From Stegostoma tigrinum (lineage: Eukaryota), in NCBI RefSeq assembly GCF_030684315.1, contig NC_081366.1:23255410-23319409 (forward strand): DNA of 64,000 nt, in the 5' to 3' direction. Below, in pieces: positions 12,761 through 24,719 of the stretch. Numbering within the stretch: the first letter of the stretch is position 1; every line of letters starts with the position of its first letter. The position numbers were made by a program, and so were the translations under genes. Under the pieces are notes generated by a model that searched no databases, had not been told where the DNA came from, and saw nothing but the letters and a program-made list of their open reading frames with translations.

Positions 12761-13611
12761 CCGAATATACTCAAAGTAAAAGTCAATCTCATGTAGCGGC
12801 TGACCCCTTATTTCTGGCCAAAAAAATCTGCAATTTTCCATATATCTCATGTAAAGGTTGACCCTAATTCTTCACTGATAACAGATCAACATTTGTGAGT
12901 CAAGGTATTATCCTGTACATAAATATTACAATGAAGAATTGATTTTTTCATGCTATTATGTGTTTTGAAATTTATTCATTTTGTGCAAAAACGTTCTCCA
13001 GAAAAAATAGAAAATATACAGCAGCGTTTAAACTGAAAGTTGTTGAAGTTGCAGAGAAGATAAATAACTGTGTAGCAGCAAGAGAATTTTGTGTTTCAGA
13101 GAAACCTATGAGAGATTGGAGAAAGATATCAAACCAACTCCAGACAATGCCAAAATGAAAGAGTGCCAACAAAAGAAAATATAGCATGTGACCACAACTG
13201 GAGGAAAAATGTTGTTGAGAGGGTACTTGAAAATCATCAAAATGGAAAATGTATCAGTCACGAGGCCATCCAAATCCATGCAGGAAACAAATCAATGAAG
13301 GATGAAATTTCGGATTTTAAAGCAAGTGCCAGATTCATGAGAAGGCATGACTTAATACTTCAGCAGAGAACTAAGATTGCACAAAAGTTGCCTGCTGAAC
13401 TAGAAGATTAGATATCAGAGCAATTACCTTTTTTTTGTTCTTTTTTCTTTATTCATTTAAAGATCAATTGGGCTTCTGCTAATGATATGGTATTTTGGAC
13501 TGTAGCATGAATTTCAGCCCCTCAAAAGTAGCATCTATGCAATTGTCAACACCATAATTTTAATCTTCAAAAACAGTCTAAAACGTTTTACTTCTACATG
13601 AGTATGTCCAG
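12761..13611 (+). mobile_element. Internally deleted pogo/Tigger-superfamily DNA transposon (POGK-like DNA-binding region)
   Basis: RKYTAAFKLKVVEVAEKINNCVAAREFCVSEKPMRDWRK resembles a Brinker-type HTH; FKASARFMRRHDLILQQRTKIAQKLP resembles the CENP-B-type HTH end. Degenerate TIRs (ccgaatatactcaaagtaaaag / rc ctggacatactcatgtagaag) are each flanked by TA. No DDE domain. Confidence 0.85.
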
Positions 13612-14129
13612 TAGTTATTTGCATTTGTCAAAATTGATAAAACCCTATTAGGAGATGAATGCAAATATGTGGTTCTCATTTTGAATCTGACACAAATTTC
13701 AAATTTGATTTAACCCCAAACCTAAATAATGCATTAAATCAATTTTATCCAAAAGTTGTCACTTATTCAACACTGTTATTACGTTTCTGTTAATTCAGTA
13801 GACTGATGAATGAAGAAAACTGCTTGTTTACAGCACATACGCATTCAATTGCTAGTTTTGTGATTTGCAGACTTCTTTGAGTTGATTCAATCTCACCAAC
13901 CCCACTCTGGCCTCAGCTCTATGAGCCTGTTTAGGAATTGATAATTAAATAAATATTCCTAATTGCTCATGTTCTGCTAACCACGGTCATTGAAAAACCA
14001 CAGTGATATTCTTATCCCTGGTGAGTCAAATAATTTTAAAAATATAGACGGATTTTCAGAATTTGCCTAAAATGTCATGAAATATATTCATTTTCAAGGC
14101 AAGTTAATAGCTTTTCTGATTCAATCATC

Positions 14130-15010
14130 TAATGTGAGCATCACTGGCATTGCTGTTCATTGTCCATACTTAGTTTGCCCCTGTAAACTTGATGATAATC
14201 CTCCATGTGGAATTGTTGCAGTGTATGTGTGTTAAGGGTACATGCATAAATTAGTTAGAGAGGTGGTTTCATGATTTTGACCCAGTGAGTGAAGAAATGG
14301 AAATATCAAGTCAAGATGTTGTACAGTTTGGGGGTAACTTGCAGGTGTGGTGTTCCCATGTGTCTGCTCCCCTTGTTCTTCTAGGTAATAGACGTCAAGA
14401 TTTGGAAAGTGCTGTTAAAGGATGCTTGGTGAGTTGCTGCAATGCATCATGCAAATAGTATACACTGTTACTTCTGTGTGTTAGTGGCAGAGAGAGTGAA
14501 AGTTCAGAGTGGTAGATGGATGCCGATGAAATGGCTTATGTTATTCTGAATGGTACATAGGAGCACAGGAACAGGAGTAAGCCATTTTACACCTTGAGCC
14601 TGTTCTGACATTCTAGATCATAGTTGTTCATTTACATCAGTGAAATTTTCCCATGTTAATCCATATTCTTTTGCTGCCATTAGCATCTAGAAATTTATTA
14701 TATGCAATGACTAAACTTCCATATCTCTTTGCAAGTAGGAAGGAGTCATTCTTTGGGTCTTGAAGCACAGTCTTCACTGGCCTAACAGCAGTGTGGTCAG
14801 TATGTTCATTGTCCTTGCTGCAGAATTTCCAACCTTAAGCCCCTCTTTGTAGCTGTATTTTTTAGATGACACATCCAGTTAAGGAAGTTGCAAGATGTTC
14901 ATTGTGTGAGATTCAGAAACTATAATGTTGTTGGAGAACAAGGGGAAATGGTTAGATTCTCTTTTATCAGATACATCATGCCTGGAACTTGTGAATATGA
15001 ATGTTTCTTG
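14130..15010 (-). mobile_element. Old LINE 3' fragment (L2/CR1-related), interrupted at ~14556-14800
   Basis: Similar to 40130-40900 and 28560-29200 and, in the opposite orientation, to 15255-15520 plus 17880-18120. Confidence 0.6.
14741..14800 (-). pseudogene. LEAP2: Orphan degenerate copy of the 5' part of LEAP2 exon 2
   Basis: Hand alignment to 9114-9175 gives about 50 of 62 identities with a net 2-nt gap; still reads ...QR-MTP on the minus strand. Confidence 0.8.
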
Positions 15011-15519
15011 GCGGTCTAAACATTGGTGTTCATTGCTAACAGCATTAAATTGAAAAGAGGGGTCACATTAAATCCAAACTGAGACTTGGAAAAACCACCC
15101 AGAAAGGGGTTATTGTTTAGAATGTGTAACTCCCTACCACATTAACTAAATGAGATAAATAGATGCATCTAGGAGAAAGCTAGCCATATAAATTGTGTGT
15201 AGCAATGATAGAGCTAAAGGTGAAAATTCTGCAGCAGGTAACTCATTTCTTGACTCACCACAGCTGGTTCACCATCTAGAACAGGAGTGTGCTACAATAC
15301 TTCCCATTTGTCTGATGAGTATGGTGCAACAACACTCCAGAGGCTCAAGACCATCAAGGACAAAGCAGCCCAGTTGATTGGCCCCCCATCCACCAACTTC
15401 AATACTCACTGTGTCCACCAGAAGTGCATACAGGCAGCTTGTTTTACATAAACAAGATGCACTGAAGCAACTAAACCAAGAGCCTTTGGCAATACCCTCC
15501 AGCCCCATGACGTCCACCA

Positions 15520-17880
15520 TAGAGTTATAGAATCATACAATACAGAATGGGCCCCTTCAGCCCTTCAAATCTGTACCACCGAAAATATACTACCTACACT
15601 AGTCTCACTTTTCTGCTCTAGGCCCACAGCCTTGAATGATATGATGCTTCAAGTGCTATACAAATAATTTTTCAAGGTCATGAGATTTCCCACATCACCT
15701 ACCTCTGAGGCAATGCATTTCAGACCACATCTCCCTCTGAATGAGAAGGTTTTTCCTCAAATCCCTTCCAAACCACCTACCTTTCACATTAAAATTATGC
15801 CCCTTTGTTATTGACCATTCAACTAAGGGGAGGAACTGCTTCCTATCCCCCCTGTCTATGCCCCTCATGATCTAATTTCTATCAGGTCCCCTTTCAACCT
15901 TCTTTGCTCCAAAGAAAACATTCCAAGCTTATCCAGCTTCTCTTCACAGCTGAAATGCTCCATCCCAGGTAACTTCCCGATGAATCTCTTTTCTATCCCT
16001 TCCAGTGCAGTCATATCATCCCCATTGTGCAGTGACTAGATCTGCATATGATCTAACTAAAGTTCTGTGTAGCTCCAATATGACCTCCATGCCTTAAGTC
16101 TATGCCGCAACAAATAAAGGCAAGTGTCAAGTATGTCTTCTTAACTACTTTATTCATCTGTCTTGCCACCTTCAGAGATATGTGAACATATCTGTTCCTC
16201 AGAACTTCCTAGTGTCCTGCAATTCATTGAGTACTCCCTTGTCTTGCTTCTTCTTCCAAAGTGCATTGCCTCACATTTATCAGGGTTAAATTCAATCTGC
16301 CGCTGATCTGCCCATCTGACCACTCCATTTACATTTTCCTGTAATCTAACATCTTCTTTACTATCAATCACCTGCCAATTTTTGTGTCAACCACAAACTT
16401 ACTTATCACCCACTCTCCACATTCTCATTTAGCGTTTAATAATGAGTCCAGCAATGATCCTTAAGGTGAACACTAGAGTCCAGTCTCACAAATAGCCTTC
16501 TACCGTTATTTTCCGTCTCCTGCCACTAGGCCAATTTGGATCCATCTTTCCAAGTTACCCTGGATCCTGTGAGCTTTTATCTTCTTTATCAGTTTCCCAT
16601 GTGGGACCTTGTCAAAGACCTTGTCGAAATGCTTACAAACTACATTAACTACCCTACATTCATGTAAATATTTGGTCACCTCCTCAAAAGATTCCAGCAG
16701 TTTTTTTGGTGTGATCTCCCTCTGATAAAGCCTTGTTATTCCTGATCAAACCTTGCCCCTCTATTTGGAGATTAACTTTCTCCAATAGTTTACTTATCAC
16801 AGATGCTAAACTCACTGGTCTATTGCTCCCTGTTCTATCTCGACCATCATTCTTGTAAAGTTATGCCACATTAGCCATCCTCCAGTCATCTGGCACTCCC
16901 CTTCAGCCAGTGATGATTTTAAAAATTTGGGTCAGGGCCCGTATAATTTCTTCCCTCATTTTCCACGACCTGGGGATTTGTATATTTTTAAATCCGCTAA
17001 AACCTCCAATACTTCATCGCTTGTAATATCAGTCTACTCCACAAGTTCACAGTCCATCCTCTTGATTTCTGCACTTGTGTCCCCCTCCTTCTGAGTAAAG
17101 ACAGGTGTGAAGTATTTATTTAACATTCTACTAAGGTCGCCTGTCTACAAGCATTAATCACACCTTAGTCCCTAAGAGATCCTATTCTTTCCCTAGTTAT
17201 ACCCTTCTGTTTGATATACTTGTAGAATATCCTGGGATTCTCCCTAATCTGGCATCTGACATCATATCTTCCTCTTTGCTCTCCTACTTTCTTTTTTGAG
17301 CCTCCCCCGCACTTCTTATCCTCCTCTAGGATCTCCATTGTTTTGCTACTTTTGTACCTCTTATACGCCTCTCTTTTCCTTTTTCTCCAATTCTGAACTT
17401 TCTTGCTCCTACATTTCACCTTAAAAAAAAATGTTTGGCCTTTAGATTCACCCACCAACCCAATACCTTTTTGGACGCCTCTGATTGGCCTGCTGTAGAC
17501 TCACCCTCAAGTGGCTATTTTATTTATAACAGTCTATTTTGGCTAGGTCCTGTCTTATTTTAACAAAGGCTTCCTTACCCCAATGCAAACCATTTTGTTT
17601 GAAGATCAGATTTCTCCTTTTCCATAACAAACTTAAACATAAAACATTTGTTTGGTTTCATTCTTCAGAACTAAGTCCAGCCCTGTACTGACCCTTGTAA
17701 GAAAATTAACATGAAAAACTCTCCTGTACACATTTCAAAAAATCTGCCCCTCTAAAACCTTCATAATATGATTATCCCAATTAATATTGGGTAGTTGAAA
17801 TCCCCTATCATTATTTTTACCCCCTTAGTGAATTGACTACATATCTGTTCCTCCATTGCCCATTGACTGTTTGGACTGTA
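15520..17880 (-). mobile_element. CR1-clade LINE, ~2.3 kb decayed ORF2 (endonuclease to RT) plus 3' tail
   Basis: Translations IMIGDFNYP (APE endonuclease), IRENPRIFYKYIK and WADQRQIEFNPDKCEAMHFGR; inserted into an older LINE fragment. Confidence 0.85.
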
Positions 17881-20739
17881 ACACACGCCTGGAAGGACAA
17901 TGGTAGCAAATGCTTGGGAGTACCACCAGCTAAAAGTTCCCCTCCAAGCCACTCACAATCCTGATTTCCTTCATTATCATTGAGTCAAAATGCTTATACT
18001 CCCTCCATTACAGCACAGCAGCAGTTAAAGAAAACACCTCACCAACAGTCTTTAGGATATTTAGAGATGAGCAACAATGCCAGGTTTATCAGCAATGCTC
18101 ACATCTCATGCAAAAAAAGATAAACGCGTGGTGAAGAAAGAAATAGAATGTTGCACTTGCATGTTTAGATGAAGAGTGGAGGGAAGAGGTTTATGTGAAA
18201 TGTAAACCCCTGCAAGGACCAATTGGGCCGAGTGGCCTGCTTCTTTGCTGTATATTCTGTTTTCCCATCACAGACCTCCCCAGACACATGGATTTTGTAA
18301 ATATGTTTCTGTGGCAGCTATTAAAAGACATGACTGTTGGTCATATTGCTTGCATGTGTCCAGCCTCCAGGTGGCAATTATCCTTATCAAGTGTGGCATT
18401 TACCCTGTCACCAGGATCAGGTGAGAAACAACCCTTACTGTCACATGTTGTTGGAGCTCCAACGTGTAGTACAGTATCATGAGCTTCATTTGCCACGTGG
18501 TATTAACAACATTTTGATTGGGTGATGGACTTTAATATCTCGCACTACCTTTGCCCAATCATCTATTAATTTATCTTTATTACCGTGAACCTTATTGAGA
18601 GACATCACTTGAGGACTTTTGTCCTCTGATTGCCACTAAAAGGACCTTTGATTTTCAACACTATATTGATTGGTGCTATTCAATGTAAAAATTCTGTTCT
18701 TTTACTTTACCTTTTCCTTCATTAATGTTTTCCAGCTTTTGCTTCATTCTTCTTGTTACTGTATCATCAGTTTCATTTTCTATTCATTCATCACTCTGTT
18801 GTTTTCCTTGCATTAGATTCCTCTTGCCCGTGTCAAACTCCAAACAAATCAGATACACATAGACTGCTGGGAGTTTTATCAATCGCACATCACACAGCTA
18901 GTCAGATGAGAGGTGCAAACTCCATTCATGATATGGAAGAGTTGAATCAGTACTTTTATCCCCTCATTATCATTGTAATGGGTATTCATAATTTTTAATT
19001 AATTCAAATGCAGTCATATAGAATGATGATCAGCCATGATCAACAGTCAGCAGCTATTATGACCTAATTAATGTTTCCATGCTTCATCCATTCAAAGTCT
19101 TGGTTTTATCCAACAGCTTATTTTTCTACTAAACAGTGCAAGATAATAATGGACAGGTTTGGCTCCTCTGCCACAGTGATAGGGTCCTCACTTCCGAGTC
19201 AGGAGGCCTAGATTAAAGTTCCAATTGTTCCAGAAGTGTGTAAGAAGATCTCTGAACAAATTGATCAGAAAATATCTATAAATCTGTATTTGCTGAACTG
19301 CTTGTGATCTGCAAATGCCTGTGATCTGCAATAGAAAAAAAAGGTTAAGTTATTCATTTTGTTCACTTCTAGGATGTGAGCATCGCTGCCTGGCCAGTAT
19401 TTATACCTGACCCCTGTTGCCCTTGAGAAAGTGATGGTAAGCTGCCAACTCGAACCACTGCAATCTATGTTTCTGTGTGAGAAAATATTTAGCCTCTTGC
19501 CATACTGGTAGAACTGAGATTAATGCATTTGGAAATGTGAACCTCTCTCATCTGAAAGCTCAACGACACCTCATTATTTGGCTCATTTAAATCAGACCTT
19601 CCCAAAGTGGGGGTTGGGAGCTGAAATTTTGGTTTCACAAGTTCCATGGCAACAATGGCCAAATGCGCACCCCTTTCTCCCATCGGTCTTTGCCTCTCCC
19701 TGAGGCAATTTACAAGCCTCAAGAGTGGGGAAATAATTGGTGATTTACCTAGCAAGTCACTTTGAAGATATATTATGAATTTCACCATTCACAGGTTCTG
19801 CTCGGAACACATACCAATGCTTTAAATTTCAAATGTCCTAGATTAGCTCTTGAACCTAATTTGCACAAACAGCCCAACTAAATCATTTTTTGCAAGACTG
19901 GTCAATAAGAATACATGCAAACTCAAATTCTTAAATTGCACATTAAAATAAAACTACAGATCAGAATTCCTAAGTGATGCAAAGCATCCCATTTATTCAG
20001 AATGAACAATATCCAAAAGTTGAACTCCCATCATATTCTGAATCAGTTCAACTAGTTATTTCAGATATGAAACATGAGAATGGCTATAGAAAGGAGGTGG
20101 AGTATTTCAGTTCTGAGGCAGCAGCATTGTACAATCTTCATAACCCAGGCCAGTGAAATTGGGATTGATTTTCCAGCAATCAGAAAGAAATAAATTCACT
20201 TTGTTTATTTGTTCACTCTCATAAAATCCAAATTCACCTACATTGAAGCAGAATGTTCAGTTTTAAACCTACATGTGATCCCAGTGTACCCAAGCAAGAG
20301 GACAGGTGATCAGTTGGCGTTTCAGTTACCACCTGGACTTCAAAGTCTGTACAAGAGCAGACCAAGTAGTGAGGGAGAATGAAGAGTTGAAAGACAAATA
20401 TAGTGGAAAAATTAATGGTCTGAAGGTTAATAAATCCCCAGGAATGATTGTTAGGGTGTTGAAGCGAGTGGTGACAGTCAATCTATAGGTGATTGTCTTC
20501 CAAAATTCTACAGATTCTGGATGATTTGTGGGGATTGGATGGTCACAAATTTCAGCCCACTATCAAAGAAGAGAGTGAGAGATAAAACAAGGCTACAGTC
20601 CAATTAGCCTTACATCAGTAATAAGAAAAATACTAGAATATATTATAAACGGTTGAATTAATAAACACCCAGTTAATAATAACCTAATGGGCATTGTCAG
20701 CATAGATTTATGAATAGGAAGTTGTGTTTGACAAACTTA

Positions 20740-21215
20740 GAGTCACAGAGTCATAGAGATGTACAGCGTGGAAGCTGATCCCTCGGTCCAACTCAGCCAT
20801 GCCAATCAGATATCCTAAATTAAAATAGTCCATTTGCCAGCATTTGGCACATATCACTCTAAACCCTTCCTACTCATGTACCCATCCAGCTGCATTTTAA
20901 GAGTTGTAATTATACCAACATCCACCATATCATCTAGAAGCTCATTCTAAACACACATCACCCTCTGTGTGAAAAATTTGCTACATATGTCCCTTTTAAA
21001 TCTTTCCCCCTTTCATCTTAAACCTACGCCATCTAGGTTTGGACTCCTCTACAGTAGGGAAAAGAACTTGGCTATTCACCCTATCCATATCCTCATGATT
21101 TCATAAAACCTAAATAAGGTCACCCATCAGCCTCTAATGCTCCAAGGAAAATAGTCACAGCCTAATCAGTCTCTCCCGTTAGCTCAAAGCTTCCAATCCT
21201 GGAAACATCCTTGTC
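20740..21215 (-). mobile_element. CR1-clade LINE 3' fragment
   Basis: Tail agagtcacagagtcatagag; body colinear with 4410-4910. Confidence 0.8.
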
Positions 21216-21219
21216 AATT

Positions 21220-22480
21220 CCCTGGTCCCCAAAACCTCATTTTCACCATGGACATCCAGTCCCTATACACCTGCACTCCCCATGTGGATGGCCTAAAGGC
21301 CCTCCGCTTCTTCCTGTCCTGCAGGCCCGACAAGTCCCCCTCCACCGACCACCTCAACCGCCTTGCCAAACTCGTCCTCACCCTCAACAACTTCTATTTT
21401 GATTCCTCCCACTTCCTACAGACAAAGGGGGTGGCCATGGTACCCGCATGGGCCCAAGCTATGCCTGCCTCTTTGTAGGCTACGTGGAACAGTCCCTCTT
21501 CCACACCTACACAGGCCCCAAACCCCACCTCTTCCTCCGTTACATTGATGACTGTATCGGCACCGCCTTGTGCTCCCAAGAGAATCTCCAACGGTTCATC
21601 CACTTCACCAACATCTTCCACCCCAACCTCAAGTTCACCTGGGCCATCCCCAACACATCCCTCACCTTCCTGGACCTCTCTGTCTCCATCTTATGCAACC
21701 ACTTAGAAGCCAGTATCCATTTCAAGCCCACCAACTCCCACAGCTACCTAGAATACACCTGCTCCCACCCACCTTCCTGCAAAAATTCCATCTCCTATTC
21801 CCAATTCCTTCACCACTGCCGCATCTGCTCCGAGAATGAGGCATTCCCATCCCGTGCATCCCAGATGTCCTCGTTCTTCAAGGATCGTAACCTCCCCCCC
21901 GCAGTGGTCGAGAACATCCTCAACCGTGTCTTCCGCACTTCCTGCAACTCATCCCTCACACCCCGTCCCCGTAATAACTGCCAAAAGAGAATCCCCCTCG
22001 TCCTCACATACCACCCTAGCAACCTCCAGATACAACGCATCATCCTCCAACACTTCCGCCATCTACACTCCGACCCCACCACCAAAGACATTTGTCCACC
22101 CCCACCCTTGTCTGCCTTCCAGAGAGATCACTGTCTCCGGGACTCCCTTGTCTGCTTCATACTCCCCTCTAACCCCACCACCTTCCCCTGCAATCGCAGG
22201 AAGTGCTACACTTACCCCCACACCTCCTCCCTCACCCACATCGCAGGCCCCAAGATGACTTTCCACATCAAGTTTATCTTCACCTGCACATCTGTCAATG
22301 TGGTATACTGCATCCGCTGTACCCATTGTTGCAGGAAAGGCAACTCATATTCCGCTTGGGAACCCTGCAGCCAAATGGTATCAATGTGGACTTCACCAGC
22401 TTCAAAATCTCCCCTCCCCCCACTGCATCCCAAAACCAGCCCAGCTCGTCCCCGCCTCCCTAACCTGTCCTTCCCCTCAA
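21220..22480 (+). mobile_element. Penelope-like element (Neptune-type) RT plus GIY-YIG endonuclease relic
   Basis: MDIQSLYT, LQTKGVAM/GPSYACLF, FLRYIDD and LTFLDL are PLE RT motifs. PCNRRKCYTYP is a Cys-rich linker; FTCTSVNVVYCIRC is the GIY-YIG start. One frameshift near 21440 and an internal deletion near 22330. Confidence 0.92.
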
Positions 22481-22949
22481 AATTAAGAAGGGAGGAAGAA
22501 AGCAGGAAATTACAGGTATGTTAGCTTAATATCTGTTATAGTGAAACTTTTAGAAGATATTACTACAGATATTCTAACAGGACACCTGGATAAGTTCAAG
22601 GTATTCAAGCAGTGCCAACATGATTTTCTTAAAAGGGCAATCATGCATAACTGACTTACTGGAATTCTTTGAAGAAGTAAATCGTGCAAGACATAAAGGG
22701 GAACCTGTAGATGTATTGTACTCAGATTTCCAGAAGGCATTTGATGAAGTGCCACATCAAAGGGCATTGTGGAAAATAGAAGTTCAAGGTGTAGGGAATA
22801 ACTTATTGGCATGCAAAGAGGAAGAACAGATGCATCTTTTTCAAGCTAGTGGAATATCACAGAATATCTGAGCCATAGAGGTTAGTTTTGACACCTCAAC
22901 TCTTTGCAACTTATATAAATGATTGTGATGAAGGGACAGGTAGGAAAGT

Positions 22950-23173
22950 GATAATGGGAACTGCAGATGCTGGAGAATCCAAGATAATAAAATGTGAGGC
23001 TGGATGAACACAGCAGGCCCAGCAGCATCTCAGGAGCACAAAAGCTGACGTTTCGGGCCTAGGCCCTTTGATGTGGCACTTCATCAAATGCCTAGGCCCG
23101 AAACGTCAGCTTTTGTGTTCCTGAGATGCTGCTAGGCCTGCTGTGTTTATCCAGCCTCACATTTTATTATCTT
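22950..23173. mobile_element. Fold-back (inverted) Penelope-terminus element with 14-bp TSD
   Basis: Inverted arms ~22981-23065 and ~23089-23173; TSD aggtaggaaagtga at 22938-22951 and 23174-23187. Confidence 0.9.
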
Positions 23174-24224
23174 AGGTAGGAAAGTGAGTTGTCTCGAGAA
23201 CATAATAAGTATACAAATGGATTTAGATTGGTTGAGAACATATAACGATCTGGCAAATGCAGTACAATGTGGGAAATTAATCCATTTTGGCAGAAAGAAT
23301 AAAAGATTTATCTAAACAGTGAAAGGTTGCAGAGCTCCAAGAGACAGTGTGATCTGGAAGTCCTAGTGCATGAAGTGCAGAAACTTGGTATGCCGGTATA
23401 GAAAATAATCAGAGAAGCTAGTAAAATGCTTTATTGGAGGAGCATTGAATGCCAGGGTAGGGAAGCTATGTTTGAGTTATACTGAACAATGGTGAGGCTA
23501 CTGCTGGAGTGCTGCTTTCGGTGCTAGTCACTGTACTGATGGAGGATGCTAATATGGCAGAAGCTGCCAGGAGTCTTACTGGACTCATATCTGGAACGAG
23601 CAGATTTTCTAATGAGTAAAGATTAGACAGGTTTTGTCTGTAGCTTCTGTAGTTTGGAAAAGTCAGAGCTGACTTAATTGAAACAGATAAGATCCTGAGA
23701 GGACTTGACCAGATGGTTGTCAAAAGGATCTTCTTCTTGGAGGAGAATCTATCACTAGGGACCATAGTTTAAAAATAAGGTGTCACCCATTTAAGACAGA
23801 GGTAAGAAAGCATTTCTTTTCATTGGAAGGTTGAGTGTTTGGAATTCTCATCCTCAAAAGAGATAGGATGTGGAAACCTTAATTTTTTTTAAGGCAGAAT
23901 AGTTTCTTGATTAAAAAGATGAAAAATTATCAGGGAAATATAGCTGTATGTATAGTTACAGTTAAACAGTCAAAATCAAATTCGTCATGATCTTATTGAA
24001 TGCTATAGCCGACTCAAATGGTTGAATTGTTTTGTTCAATGTTTGTTTTATATTACATTTTCAGAGTACTTTTGAGAAAGCGTACTAAAAACAATTAAGG
24101 CTCGCAGATAGGAGATAATGTTTGGCATGAATTAATCATTAAATAACTGACAGGAAGTAGAAGATAGATTCCTTTTATAACAAAATTTTCCCTAATTTCT
24201 CTATTCTTTAACTAAGGATTGTAC

Positions 24225-24530
24225 CTCACCGAGCTGGCTGGGTAGTTCAGACGTTTTGTCACTATGCTAGGTAACGTCATCAGTGAGGCCTCTGATGAAG
24301 CAATGTTATTTTACTCCATTTATTGCTTATATGATCCAGTCTGTTCATTGAAACAAGAGGCTGGATCATATAAATACTAAACAGAGTAGAACTACATCAC
24401 TTCATCAGAGGCTGCACTGACGATCTTACTAAGCATGGTGACGAAACAACTGAACTATAACCAGCCAACACAGCAAGCATTTCAACAACTTCATCCACAA
24501 CCTGAGCTACAAATCTTCACAAAAACCATA
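24225..24530. mobile_element. Fold-back element of a second family with a hammerhead-like core in each arm
   Basis: Plus arm: CTGACGA tcttactaagcatggtgac GAAAC at ~24417-24447. Minus arm: CTGATGA cgttacctagcatagtgac AAAACGTC at ~24250-24283. Confidence 0.7.
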
Positions 24531-24719
24531 AATTGTTTCTAGGTACACTGAACCTAAGATGACACCTTGTGTTGGTAACTTTGTTAGACTGTAACTAATC
24601 CTGTAACTGAAGATGCTGCACCTGCACACCTTTGTACCTAAAATGGCACTGCAAGTAATGATTTATAAACTTTTCATGTACTGATTTGAGTATGTGACAA
24701 TAGCTATTTCAATTCAATT

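Larger units (their letters stand above)
20360..24040 (+). mobile_element. Decayed CR1-clade LINE ORF2 pieces hosting nested insertions
   Basis: GLKVNKSPG (20420) and FLKGQSCITDLLEFFEEV...VDVLYSDFQKAFDEVPHQR (22620-22770); interrupted by 20740-21215, 21220-22480 and 22950-23173. May be more than one copy. Confidence 0.75.

Noticed and set aside
12958-13411. Possible host gene POGK
   Set aside because: Frameshifted, no KRAB or DDE region, and bounded by TIRs and TA; it is a transposon derivative.
14725-14740. Extension of the LEAP2 fragment by a microhomology deletion (ctctttgcaagtagga versus ctcctgcaagagga at 9067-9080)
   Set aside because: Equally well explained as the adjoining CR1 tail sequence, so it was left out of the pseudogene call; unresolved.
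18280-18720. Possible Harbinger transposase or other coding relic
   Set aside because: Resemblance too weak to support a call without a profile search.
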